A stretch of DNA of 64,000 nucleotides from contig BQFW01000011.1 in assembly GCA_020891255.1 (NCBI GenBank), positions 186,001 to 250,000 on the forward strand, read 5' to 3'. This document shows positions 31,609 to 43,900 of this stretch, one piece after another (within the stretch, counting starts at the first letter, position 1; the number at the start of each line of letters is the position of its first letter). The notes under the pieces were generated by a model. That model saw only the letters and a program-made list of their open reading frames with translations, had not been told where the DNA came from and ran no database searches. The position numbers were made by a program, and so were the translations under genes. Source of the stretch: Entomortierella parvispora E1425 (Eukaryota; Fungi; Mortierellomycota).

Positions 31609-33380
31609 TTACTGAGTTCTCTTCACGTCGATCGAGTTGCGATGCTTCAGCTCCATCTCTTCAGCATCGGACGAGTCACGACGCGAAGTAGAAATGGGCA
31701 ACTCCGAATCGCCCTTGGGTGAGTCGGCAACCATCATGACCGGATTGGCACCTTTGCCCTCCTTGGACCTGCCGACCAAGTGGCGGAAAATATCGCCCCA
31801 ATCCTCCCGCAGGATCTGGTACAAGATAATAGCCGATAGCGTCGAGCAACCGATACCATCAATCTTGACAACACCAAACGAGACAACGAGTCCATTGACC
31901 ATACCACAGCCCAGGACAACCGACACACCTGCGGTAATCAGGTTACGGGGGCGAGAGAAGTCTACGTTGGACGTGACCCAGATTCGAGCACCAGTAACTG
32001 CAATAAGACCAAAGAGAATGATCGACAGACCGCCAAACACACCTGAGGGGATCGTCTGGATGATAGCGCCAAAACCGGGGATAACTCCGAGAATAATGGC
32101 CACCACAGCAGCAAACAAGAAAGTTTGGGTAGAGAAAATCTTGGTGATGCTCATGACTCCAATGTTCTCAGCTATTTGTTGTGAAAGTTTTAAAAAGAGA
32201 AGAAATGTCAGTCCACTTGTTTGTTCCGCGGAAGCAAAAACTCTAACCAGTGCCCCTCTTTTTTTTCCCCGGGCGAGCGACATAAACACCCCCCTCTCGA
32301 CAGTTCGCCGCATTCAACCGTTCCCGATTGATCCTTTGTTTCCCTGCGCCGTTTTATCCCTGCGCCGTTTTATCCCTGCGCCGTTTTATCCCAAAATCCT
32401 GCTATCCGCATCCTGTCCTGAAAAAATGTGGAGTGATTATTACCATATGTCGTAACACCGGTACTGCCACACGCAGCCGAAACCATGGTGGCAAGAGCGT
32501 CGCCCAAAAAGGCCCGACCCATGTACTTGTCCAATGAATGACCTGTCATCGCACCGACGGCCTTGACGTGGCCCGTGTTTTCAACAATCAGCACCACAGC
32601 AACGGGAGCAATGAGAGAGATGGCTGATCCTTCAAAAACGGGCACATGGGTAGGAGGCATGCCGAACCACTTGGAGTTCTTGACGTCCGTGAAATCAATA
32701 CCAGGACCAACACCGCAGTAGCCAAGGATCATGTGGACCAGGTATCCCGTAATGCCGCCAAGCAAAATAGGCAGACGACGCAAGGGACCAGGTGCATACA
32801 TGGTGATTAACGCAACGGCAATAACGGTCGTAAATGACATCCAGGCGTCAAAACCGGAGGCAGAAGCCTGAGCCAAGGCGGCGCCGGCCAAATTCAAGCC
32901 GATCGCCACCACGACGGCACCAGTCACCACGGGGGGCATGATGTATTCAATCCAACGATGGCCTGCAAGCATGACAATCAAGGCAACAGCAAAGTAGATC
33001 GCACCTGCGACCAAGATACCGCCAGAGGCCAGGGGCACATTGGGGTTGCCTGGTCCACCAGGCACATACTTGAATCCCGTGGCCGAATTGACGACACCGA
33101 TGAAGGCAAACGACGAGCCGACGTAGGAAGGAACCCGACCTCCCGTGCAGATGTAAAAGAGAATGGTTCCAATGCCTGAAAAGAACAGGGCCGTGTTAGG
33201 GCTGAAGCCCATCAGCAAGGGGCCGACGACGGTAGAGCCAAACATAGCCAGGACATGCTGCAATGACAAAAAGACCGTCTCGGCTACGGGCAAGCGCTCT
33301 GTCGGATTGACAACGCCACCACTCACATTCAGAGTGTAGCGGGGGAAGTAGTTTCTCAACCACTGCTTGCTTGCCTCCAT
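31609..33380 (-). CDS. NCS2/NAT nucleobase permease of the UraA/RutG (uracil) type, one intron (32172-32443)
   Basis: QHVLAMFG, PSYVGSSFAF, ENTGH, and spliced TTY|AENIGVMSITK NAT motif (E-N-x-G); many transmembrane segments. Confidence 0.92.
32342..32392. repeat. 16-bp tandem repeat (CCCTGCGCCGTTTTAT) x3 inside the permease intron
   Basis: Seen directly in the sequence. Confidence 0.9.
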
Positions 33381-34826
33381 AGTTGTCTTTTCTTCTTCTT
33401 GTTCTCTGGATATGGGAAATGAGAAGGGAGGAGTGAGGAAGAAGAAAAAAGTGAAGAGAACAAAAAGTTGATTGAGAGAAGATGTGAAAAAAAAAAAAAA
33501 AAAAAAAATGCTCTCGTGCTGCACTGTTTGGTCCCGGGGTTTGTTTTCTTTGTCAAACTCAAAAAATACGTCAGTATCACGTGTTTCAATTTAGAGAGGT
33601 TTATTCGTTTTTACATTGGGGAGGTTTCGAGCTTGCTCGCGTTATTCCAGCCGATCGAGGAAGGATCTCGAACTGTTGGCGTAGTAGCCTTCCAGTTTAC
33701 ATAAAACCTCCAGGTTCGCAGATGGTTCCCTAGTCTTGCTCACCTAAAAATCTTCGAACCAGGTAAGTTTATTTTCTTCTACGAACACGAGAATGCGCAG
33801 AAATTATTCATTTGTAGATTCCAGAACATCATACGACAGTTGCGCGGTGCTAACTGTGCTCCACTGTCATTAAACAAACCAGCAGCCAAACCAACGTAGC
33901 ATACAACCGTTGACTACAATCTGCAACAACAACCCATCGCCAGGCCCCCATACGAACGATCTCTTAACAGAATCGTCGCCCGATCACTATAGACCCTATC
34001 AAGAATTTCACAGGACCACCTAGCGAAGCCCCTATCTGCCGAAGAAACAATCATGCCCCGAGCCTTATTCTCTACAACTATCAAACAAATAGCGAACTTG
34101 GGCACAAATGGTGATGAAACTTCCTCTTTCCTGTACTGGGACGAAGATAGAAACATCGACAAGCTCATAATCATCAACAACAAAAGGGCTTTTGTAGTGA
34201 TAAACGTGGTAAAGGAAATAGAAACAGGGACACTGTATGAATGGCTGATATCAAGTTAGGGTCCATGAAAAAGAACGCGTCAGAGCCATGTAAAAGATCG
34301 TTTCTTTGCCTTCCTCTTGCGCGCTTCTTGACCGCGCTGTCTTCTCTGTCAACGCGTCTTACGCGTCTGTGTCCATCGTTCGAGGCGAGGTTGAATTTGA
34401 CTAAAAAAAAACACGGCACCTAGCATTTTCGGCATCCTTCCCCTTTTACCCAACCTGCATCTGTCCTTCCCCGTGGTAATCTGTTGCTCTTTTTGTGTGT
34501 TTTCTTGCAAGTCCCTGTCCTTACTTCCCTGCCCTTGCTCTCTTGTCTTCTCGAGACTCAATTTCTTCTCACCTACCGAACTTTAATTTCTTTTCACGTC
34601 TCATCGGTTTTTTTTAAACACCTCGAAAGATCTGGGAACGGCAAGAACCCCGTCTGCACCCCTTTTCTCCCACACTGTATTTCTTTTCTTCTTGATATTG
34701 GCTTTTTCGCTTCTATCCCTATTCCTCCACTTTTTCCCCATGTTTTTTCTCTGCCTTCCTTCCTATATCTTATGAATGCCTTTTCTATCGCTTTGATTTC
34801 CTGGCCTCTGATGACATCCTTTGAGA

Positions 34827-34869
34827 TTGACCCCTTGATGTTGACCCTTGATGTTGACCCTTGATGTTG
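34827..34869. repeat. 13-bp tandem repeat (TTGACCCTTGATG) x3
   Basis: Seen directly in the sequence. Confidence 0.85.
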
Positions 34870-35335
34870 TCCCGATTGATGCCCTCCTTAGTTCATCCCT
34901 AGATTTATCCACCAGTGCTGTCCCTTGATCCGTTATTCTCAGCGCGCGCACTTACTACACAACTCCGTACCGTCCACCTTCACCTCCGCGTTACGGCCAT
35001 CTCTAAATTCTCCTATCTCCTACTTTATATAAATACTCGGCGTCCTGTCCCAAGTCAGCACATACAACACTCAACAGCTTCTACAAGTACACTGCACAGC
35101 ATCGCTGCAAGACCCATTACACAATCAAACTCCGTCACAGAAAACTCTCGCAAGAGTATCACTGACCCCCCCCCCCCAAACATCAAGAACTCTCGCAGGT
35201 GCACTCTCAGTGTCTGACGACCTTCTACGTAGAGTAAGGCTTTCTACTAAATTCTTGGTGGTTACCCCACAGGGGAAAAAAATGCCCGGATGTTTGTTCT
35301 GCACACTAACGAAACTATTCTTTACCGATGTAGAG

Positions 35336-36094
35336 ATGAAGTACAGCTACCTCTTTTTCTTTTCCCTGGTCATCTTTTCAGTTGCTGTGATGGCTGTCAC
35401 GGCTGAAGAGCCTGAGCCTGAGGAGACTGAATATACTGAAAAGGAAAAACTTGAAAAAAAGTTGGAAGAATTACATACCATCTTCTGCAAAACAGAGAGA
35501 GGCGTCGTTGGGCCGAACGGCCCTGATCAGCTGAGGGATGATTTCAACAGTTGTCTTGCTTGTTGTCAATCCATGAGCCCGATGAGCGCTTTGGATGATT
35601 ATCAAGCCCGCGTCAGGAAAAGACTGACCGGTAGTCGAGAATTCACAGACGCATATCGAAAGACTGTGTGCGACGGCAACCAAAACACTCTGGCCAATTT
35701 GGTAGCTTATTCCAAGGAGGCAAAGCAGCAAGTGAACGCCAAGCTTCTACCCGAATACAGCACAGAAGCGGGCTTGGTCGCTTTCTATGACAGCCAGTAC
35801 AAGTGTTACCAGAACTGCAGGGACTCAGCAACTCCCGCAGACAAAAAATTCTGTATCCCCTTTAAACTCGACCCCAACGCTGAAGTCTGCGATTTCCAAA
35901 GGGACTTCCGAAAGCCGACTGCCTGGGAACACATAACTTTGAATTTTGATCAACTTCACAAGGATTTGGAGAAGGGTACATACATCTGCAGGACCTCAAG
36001 TACTATTACGAAGTACAGGGTAGACAGCTACCTTGAACCCAGGGACAAGTGGGTAAAGATTTCCACTGTTCCATTCACCGGACAACAGGGTTAG
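35336..36094 (+). CDS. Secreted Cys-containing protein of unknown function (252 aa)
   Basis: Signal peptide MKYSYLFFFSLVIFSVAVMAVTA; acidic N-terminus; several Cys pairs. TATATAAA at 35026-35033 and a probable 5' UTR intron ending at ~35333. Confidence 0.75.
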   Translation: MKYSYLFFFSLVIFSVAVMAVTAEEPEPEETEYTEKEKLEKKLEELHTIFCKTERGVVGPNGPDQLRDDFNSCLACCQSMSPMSALDDYQARVRKRLTGSREFTDAYRKTVCDGNQNTLANLVAYSKEAKQQVNAKLLPEYSTEAGLVAFYDSQYKCYQNCRDSATPADKKFCIPFKLDPNAEVCDFQRDFRKPTAWEHITLNFDQLHKDLEKGTYICRTSSTITKYRVDSYLEPRDKWVKISTVPFTGQQG

Positions 36095-38361
36095 CTTACT
36101 AGCGATCTCTTTCTTTGTCCATCCAATTCACCTATTCACCAATCACCTCACTTGAAGGTATAGCTCAGCTCCTGCGTCGATAGTTTTTTGTCTCTCTATC
36201 ACCACAGTGCATTTAGATAATATAAATGAGGATATATAATCATAAAAGGCCGTATCATAATTCAACCCTTTTGCGAAAAATATGGCTTTACTCGTATTTA
36301 GTCGCTGGTTTAGTCGTTGGTTGAGGTTTGGGTGCTTCGAGTAGGTTTTACTTGGTTTTTCGAACAGGGATCTCGACCACAGACTAGAGGCTGGGACTGG
36401 GCGAAAAAAGAAGAACCGGTGCACTGCGTCTCTTTAAAAAAAAGGCGGCGCACCGAACCGGCTCACTGCCAAAACCGCTCTCACTCTCAATTTTTTTTCT
36501 TTTTTTTTCTCACTGGACCTATTATTCATTGAGCCCGAGAAGGGTTGTGAAAAGAATGCAGAGGTCTCCAAGTGTAATGGTAGTGTGAGAAAACAATGTC
36601 GCCAACGGCTGTGGCATCCCTGAGGGGATTGGAAGGAAAAGAGAGGAGAGGTGGGATCTGCATTTCAGGCTCTGACTGCGTGCGATCAAAACAATAGACA
36701 GGGGAAAAAAAAACACCAGAACCGCGATTCCAAAAAAGTACGATTTTGGTGCACCGACCTCCAAAAAAAAAAAAAAAAAAAAAAAAAGAGAGCCAAGATA
36801 CGCCACAGGGTGTACCACTAATCAACATAAGAAAACGTTTGCAGACTAGTGTAGTATGTTAGTTCACCCGCAGGAAAAAAGTGGAATCGCGCCAGGGATT
36901 CGATGTGGCGACAGTGGTTGATGGTGTTTTTATTGGTGTTGTGTGTCGCTGCGATTGCTCCAGTGTCCAAGGCATGATGATCAGTCGTCGAGGTAGGCTG
37001 AGATTCGAATCCCTTTCCGACGTGCCCAACGTAGAACCGGGTGGAGGATCTTGGTGAAAATTAACGGTGGCAGCGACAGGAGCGTCCTGAACTGATATCT
37101 TTGGCCCTACCATGAGAACTGGAGATACCATCAGTTCCATTGCATTTAGAATACTCATCCATGTCATCTCACGCATCGGAAAACATAATCTTATCACAAG
37201 TTCATCTAATTGGCCTCGCTCATTCCTTCTCCCTTTTTTTTGTGGATGTGTTCCCGAGTGCTGTGTGCTACCTTTGACGGACGGTTAAATCAGCCCGCTA
37301 GTGCATGACTGTATGTACAGTATGTACTTTTGGCCGGGAAAATCTTCTGCTGTTGGACGAAGAACCAGCCCGCCAATGCTTTTTATCCTGCCAAAGTACT
37401 GTACAAGAATGAAAGCTGACAGCACCGCACCCTATCTAATTTAGTTTTGAAGGACTGGAAGTTAAAGTTTGAAGCGCTGTCCATCTGCCATTTTTGACCA
37501 ATCTTGGTAATTGTTCCCATACAACATCCAAGTCGCAAGCTCGCGGATTTGCACCGCCGTGAAGGCTCCATCTTCTGCTCTATTTAGGTCCTGCGATGAT
37601 CATACGCTTTTGCGACTGAAATTTGGTTCCTGATGACCCACAGCACTTAGCGAATGTGGATCCTCGATCGAAATTTTGTGTGGGAACATTAACCAAGCCT
37701 GATCAAATGCAAGCAGTAATTTTTTTTTTGTCTGGCTGATGTTGAGAAAGCGGACTTTGGATCAGCCCAGTGCCACATGAAGTACCTTGTGTGAGCGTAG
37801 CCGAAGCCATGGGAAAACCAAATCCTCCTCTTCTTTCAATTCATAACCAGATGCCGCCGCACGGAAGCCATTCGTAGAGAGAAATATCTCGGCTCTCCAT
37901 GATCAGGCAATTTTGCATGATTTTTTCAGCCCTCTCTCTTGAACCTTTCTCCAAGCCAATTTTTCCAAGCCGATCTCCCGATTTTCGCTTCCAAGCCCAA
38001 ACGACTGGATATCAACGTCTCGAGAATGGCCTCAGCAGGCGTGATGAAGCGCGCGAGCACGAACTCGAGCCCCGCCTCCTCATTCTCTCATCCCGATTCC
38101 TTTTATCCAGAATACCCTGACACGTTGCATGTCCTTGACAGTTGGTTTGATATGGGATGTGATATAGAAATATCAATCCACTCAACCACAAGGAGGTGGG
38201 AAAGTGCCATATATAAAGAGAGGGTGCGCGCTTGTCATCCTCAATACACAATCTGCTCTCTTCACATTCAAGATAACACCACACGGACTACAGGCACCAC
38301 TAAGAGTCGTCACAAGAACCACCACAAGTAACCCCAACCAACTCTCTGAACCACAACAAAA

Positions 38362-38742
38362 ATGGTCAAGTCAACCACCCTCATGATGGCCGTTCTTGCC
38401 ACCGTCGTTGGCTCCGCTTTTGGCGGCTACTCTGATAACTGTCACGGATCATCCCGCTGCAACAAGGGTATGGGCCCCGCTTGCCGATCAGCGTATGCAC
38501 GCTTCACGGACGGTACCGTTTACAACGCCTACGTCTCGCGGACATTTGGCCACTGTACTGCCATCTACCGCTGCAACAGCGGTTACCCTGCATTGACCGG
38601 TGCCCAGCTCAAGGGTTTTTTCGCCCCCATCTTTGCAGGCCAGGGATGCCAGGGCTGTGGAAGCCACGCGTTCGACGGAGGCAATTGCGAGGTCACGGTG
38701 AACTATTGCTCCAACTGTGTTGATTCTGGCAATCCCAACTAA
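38362..38742 (+). CDS. KP4-like killer toxin family secreted protein
   Basis: Signal peptide; NCHGSSRC, GCQGCGS and EVTVNY match the KP4 pattern (NCRGSSQC..GCRVCGS..LTVNY). TATATAAA at 38210-38217. Confidence 0.8.
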   Translation: MVKSTTLMMAVLATVVGSAFGGYSDNCHGSSRCNKGMGPACRSAYARFTDGTVYNAYVSRTFGHCTAIYRCNSGYPALTGAQLKGFFAPIFAGQGCQGCGSHAFDGGNCEVTVNYCSNCVDSGNPN

Positions 38743-38852
38743 GTCCCCTCGACCTCTTGGCAAAGAAACCAGGTGTTGCTCAAATGGTGCTTAGTGTCCG
38801 ACCTTCTGATCTACAGCAGAGATATTATAATAAAGCGCCTTCCTCTCCCAGC

Positions 38853-38995
38853 TTTCTAGTACGCTTCTCGTTGAAAACAAAATCATCAGGCCTGGTTTTT
38901 CCTGTTTTCCTTTGCCTTCCCGACTGTTGCCAACACGACCGCTGGCTCTATCGCCTTGACAAACGTGTTTCCAGCTGCGCTGTTGCATAGACACG
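38853..38995. repeat. Dispersed ~145-bp repeat, copy A (copy B at 47254-47404)
   Basis: Shared blocks TTTCTAGTACGCTTCT, TCATCAGG, CCCGACT, CTCTATCGCC, GTGTTTCC.GCTGCG.TGTTGCATAGACACG. Confidence 0.8.
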
Positions 38996-40926
38996 TAGAT
39001 GAACCTTACTTGCTGGAAGCTGTCGCGAGGCACGCGGACTTTATCACAGTGACCGTCTCAACCATGGAGTCAATTGTTGCTTTTAAGCCCAGTGTAGAAT
39101 CAAGACAACCAGCAAACGCGTCGGGTGCAACAGTGGCGCTTGGAGGTCTTCCACAGCGGTTGGCTGGATCATACAGGGAGAGAGGATCTGAGATCCTGAT
39201 CGAAGCGACGTTGCGGTTGGGGGGTCACTACCGACTGGTTTGCCGCCCTTTGGGGTCTACTCGTTCAGGGACGTGGGTAGGAACAGGGCTCATGCAGAGG
39301 ACTTATGAGAGGAAAGAGCATGGGAACAGACCTGACCGGGATTGTTTGTAGGCGTAGTACATTTATGGTGAAGAGAAGGGACAAGCATCTGCCTTTTGTT
39401 CCCGCCATGGTGATGTGAAAATGGCCACAGGCGGGTGACTTGCACATGCCACCACTCTTTTATTAATTAATGACCAGTGCTCATTTGGTTCCTCTTCCCT
39501 TCCTGCCTTGCCCTTCTGCTTCCTTCTTGACCCGTTTCTGATATACCAGCCGACACGAAGCCGCACATGCCCACGACAAACCCCAGTAATGTCTCTGCTT
39601 CAGCTTACCTCCCAAGGATCCAGCCGAGCGGCATTGAATTGATGCTAAAGTAAACCGTTGCAACTGTTTCGCCGTGCGTTCAATCGATATATGCTCCAAG
39701 GAGGACAGTTTCAATGCCAGCGCATGCATTATCCACATTCGACATGTCTGCAGCATCAGCAGTATCTCCCAGGGCGGTCAATGCAACAATGAAGGCCGTG
39801 TTCGAGATGAATCAGACACCAAAAAAAGACATGGCAGTTCAGGCACGTCAACCTACCCCAGCCACAGAAGGTAAGGAACTAGCCGCGGTTTGATGTCTCT
39901 TCATGAATGTACTCTAATCATACTTGCTTTTGTCTCTAGACCTTGCGCACCGCCCCATCTTTTTTGAGTATGATCGGTTCTTTGACAGAGTTATTGTTTC
40001 AGAGAGGAGCTGCGAAGACACCTGGACTCCTGGAATAGCTGTTTTTGCCAGACTGGATTCCGGGAACAGGACTGCGGAGAAGACTCGGCTCAAAACGAAG
40101 GACTGGAGCCTACACAGTGGCACTGAGGCTAGCACCAGATCCACTTCCACCACCAAATAGCAGCAAATCAACAGAGAGGACGTTCCACCTCCAGGAATGG
40201 AGCAGCAGTATGGGGAAGATGATCAGGAATCAGAACTCCCTCTTTTATTGGCGGTCATCACTGTAACAGGAACTGTAGCCCTTGTAGTGCTCTTCAGCTG
40301 CAACCACTACAGTGGATTTAGTCATTTGATGCACCTTAACTCCTGCGGCTCAGGATCTCAGTCGTCTTAATCGCCAGCTCATCCTAGCGGCAAGGTCACC
40401 CACCACAAAGTACAAATCGGAGCGAGCGCTGATATGGTGAACTTTCATATGAACTGAGGCTGATATGAATAGATGGACATCGGATGAGTCCAGAAATTTC
40501 GTACCCGTGAGTGACCGATTGACCAGTTACTAGATCCAGTCAAAAGATGCAGCTGCTCTTGGCAACTGAGATCGGGATACCGGGATGGACTATATCGAAA
40601 GGCGCTCTTCAAGAGCATTGGGATGCTGTGGCAGCACACCGACAGGACGTGGCCACCTTCCCGGACGAACTTTACCCAGCGCAGGAGAAAAAAATACTGC
40701 ATGAGTGAGGACATTTTTGACACTCTCATGACAGGTTGTGAAAATAAACATGATGCGATTAACGACAACAACACTTCAATAAAGGTTTCGCCTACGCCGT
40801 ATATCTATGTAAAAAGAAGACAGCGGACTCTTTCGTCCTATCTTCCTACACCTGTCCTACTTACACAGATGCTTCCAGTTCATCGTTTCCGGTCCAAGTT
40901 CAATGATCCTCAGATCGCGCAGGACT

Positions 40927-43900
40927 TTATTTGAACAGCTCCGCAACTTTGTGCATCACTAAGTCAACCTCTTGCACATCAATTTGTTCCTCCATCCATC
41001 CCTTAGCCTTATACACCACCAGCTCCCATGTATCCTTCTCCTTGGTTTGTTTCTCCTCCAAGAACACAATCGCAAATGCCGTAGCCGCGATCCTGAAATT
41101 CCATTCATGGGTTTTGACCATGTCTGTAGCCAGTTGGGGATCCACGTCGATCCGAGACAACAAGCTCTCCTGCCATTCCCAATACCCCTCAAACGTTTGC
41201 AAGCTTATCAGCGCCTCGGCTTGATTCTGGCGCGGATATAAAGCTCCAAGTCCATTTTCTCCTGCAGTCTCGTCAGTCGAGACATCAATTTCCTGGTCTG
41301 CGACGACCTGCTCGCGGCTGACTTCAGTAGAGATCTCGGTCTCATCAACAACCTCCTCAATTTCCTCAGTCTCCTCAAATGCCTCGTAGGTCTTGATCTC
41401 ATAGGACCAAATGCCTACAATAAATATTATAAAAAAAAAAAAATGAAAAAGGAAAAAAAAACTGATCAGTCTTTCTAGCATGCGTGATTAGGTCCAACAT
41501 CCTCAAATTGACTATACCATGGACTGCAGTCTCGCGTTCGGACCAGTGGATCCCAAAGGTCTGGTAGAATGCTTCTTTAAAGGCATCCTTTGCATCTTCA
41601 GCAGCCCTGTAGGGTCCGTTCAACTTGTAGTCAATTTCGTTCCAGCGGACGTAGACGTAGTAAACGCTCTCGGTGCTGTTGTACAGCAGTTGGGTGACAT
41701 AGGTGACGCCAGTCGACTTCTCAGTCAAAATAGCATCGTACACCTCGTCGTCATAGTAGACATAGGAGGTCTTAGCAATGGGGCAGACCTTGTCAACATG
41801 AGCCTTGCGGGTGGTAAGGACCTGGACAGTGCGCTTCCAGACGCCATCGACCTGAGTCAAGGCACCAGCAGCAGTAACACCAGCGCCAGTGGCAAGGCGG
41901 CGGAACCAGGAAGATCCCTTGGAAACGGCGGGCTTGGCAACGACACCAGCCTCCTTGGTAATGACGGTATCCTTGGCACCTTCCTCGACGATGACATCCG
42001 TGGTAGTGGTAGAGGTGTGCTTCTCGACCTCAACCTGCCCGTCCTTCTTCTCAACCATCTCCTCGCGGACAATCTCGGTGGTGATGGCAGTCTCATCAAC
42101 AACCTCCTCAATCTCCTCGGTCTCCTCGAAGGTCTCGTAGGTCTTGACCTCATAGGTGAAGGAATCTAGATATCCAATTAATATAAAGTTATTAATAACA
42201 AAAGCACAAATTCACTAATATCCACTGCGAAATGATGCCTGACTGTACTTACCATTGACGGCAGTCTCGCGCTCAGTCCACTCAACTCCGAACTTGTCGT
42301 GGTAAGTAACCTGGAAAGCGGACTTGGCCTCCTCGATGGTCTTGTGGGGTCCCTCGAGCTTATAGTCAATCTCGCCCCACCGGACGTAGACGTAGTAAAC
42401 GCTCTCGGCGCTGTTGTACAACAACTGGGTGACATAGGTGACACCAGTCGACTTCTCAGTCAAGACAGCATCGTACACCTCGTCGTCATAGCAGACATAC
42501 GAGGTGTTGGCGATGGGGCAGACCCTGTCGACGTGGGCTTTGCGGGTGGTAAGGACCTGGACAGTGCGCTTCCAAACACCATCGACCTGAGTCAATGCAC
42601 CAGTAGCGGCAACACCTGCGCCAGTGGCAAGGCGGCGGAACCAGGAAGATCCCTTGGAAACGGCGGGTCTGGCAACGACACCAGTCTCCCTGGTAATGAC
42701 AATCTCCTTGGTGATGACAATCTCCTTGGCGCCCTCCTCAACAATAACTTCTTCCTGTGCGGTGTGCTCAAGAACAACCTCATCGGTGGTGGTAGAGGTA
42801 TGGGTCTCGACATGGACCTCCTCATCCCACTCATCCACAGTCTCCTCGCGGGCGACCTCAGTGGTGATCTCGGTTTCGTCAACGACCTCCTCAATCTCCT
42901 CAGTCTCCTCAAATGTTTCATAAGTCTTGGCCTTATACGTAAAGAAATCTGGATACGACAAGTAATATGAATTTACCATTAGTAAAAATTCATTGAAATC
43001 CATCTCAAACAGTTGGCTGGCTATATGTACCATTGACGGTTGTTTCGCGTTCAGCCCACTGGACTCCAAACGTGTTATGGTAGGTAGCCTGGAAATCAGA
43101 CTTGGCCTCCTCAATGGTTTTGTGGGGTCCGTTGATCTTGCAACTACTGTCGCCCCAGCGGACATAGACGTAGTAAACGCTCTCGGTGCTGTTATATAAT
43201 AACTGGGTGACATATGTACCTCCAGTCGAATTCTCAGTCAACACAGCATCGTACACCTCATCGTCGTAGTAGACAAACGAATCCTTCGCGATAGGACAGG
43301 CCTTGTCGACATGGGCCTTGCGGGTAGTAAGGACCTGGACAGTGCGCTTCCAGACGCCGTCGACCTGAGTCAAGGCACCAGAGGCGGCAGCACCAGCACC
43401 TGCGGCAAGGTGGCGAAACCAAGATGATCCCTTGGAAACAGCGGGTTTGGCAACAACTCCAGTCTCCTTGGTGCTTACTACCTTAGCTTTAACAGCGCTG
43501 TCCTTTTCACTGTGAGCCTCAGTCGCTACAAAAGAACACCATTTACCTCCGACCTGAAACTGGACTCCAAGGCGGACGGCCTCACGCTCAACCATTTCAG
43601 AGAATCCATTCGCGTACTTCAAACGGACGAGTTGCCCGTCAGACTCATCCTTGAGGTCCATCATCCAACCGCGCCCCTGCTCCAATTCCGAAATAGCTCT
43701 CTTTGCAGCAAGTTGATGGATGGTTTCTCCAGGTGTGTCGAGGACCTGTATCGGTATTTCGACCTCAAGAGGAGTATCTTTGTAGATTCCGCGAAGAACA
43801 ACAGATGTTGGGGCCAGGGAGCTGCAATCTTGACTCATGAGAAAGTAGACGTTGGTTCGACTGAAGTTATAGAGAGGGGGGATAGTATGTGGTGTCTGAA

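Noticed and set aside
39900-40900. Possible pseudogene fragments
   Set aside because: No identifiable family or consistent frame.
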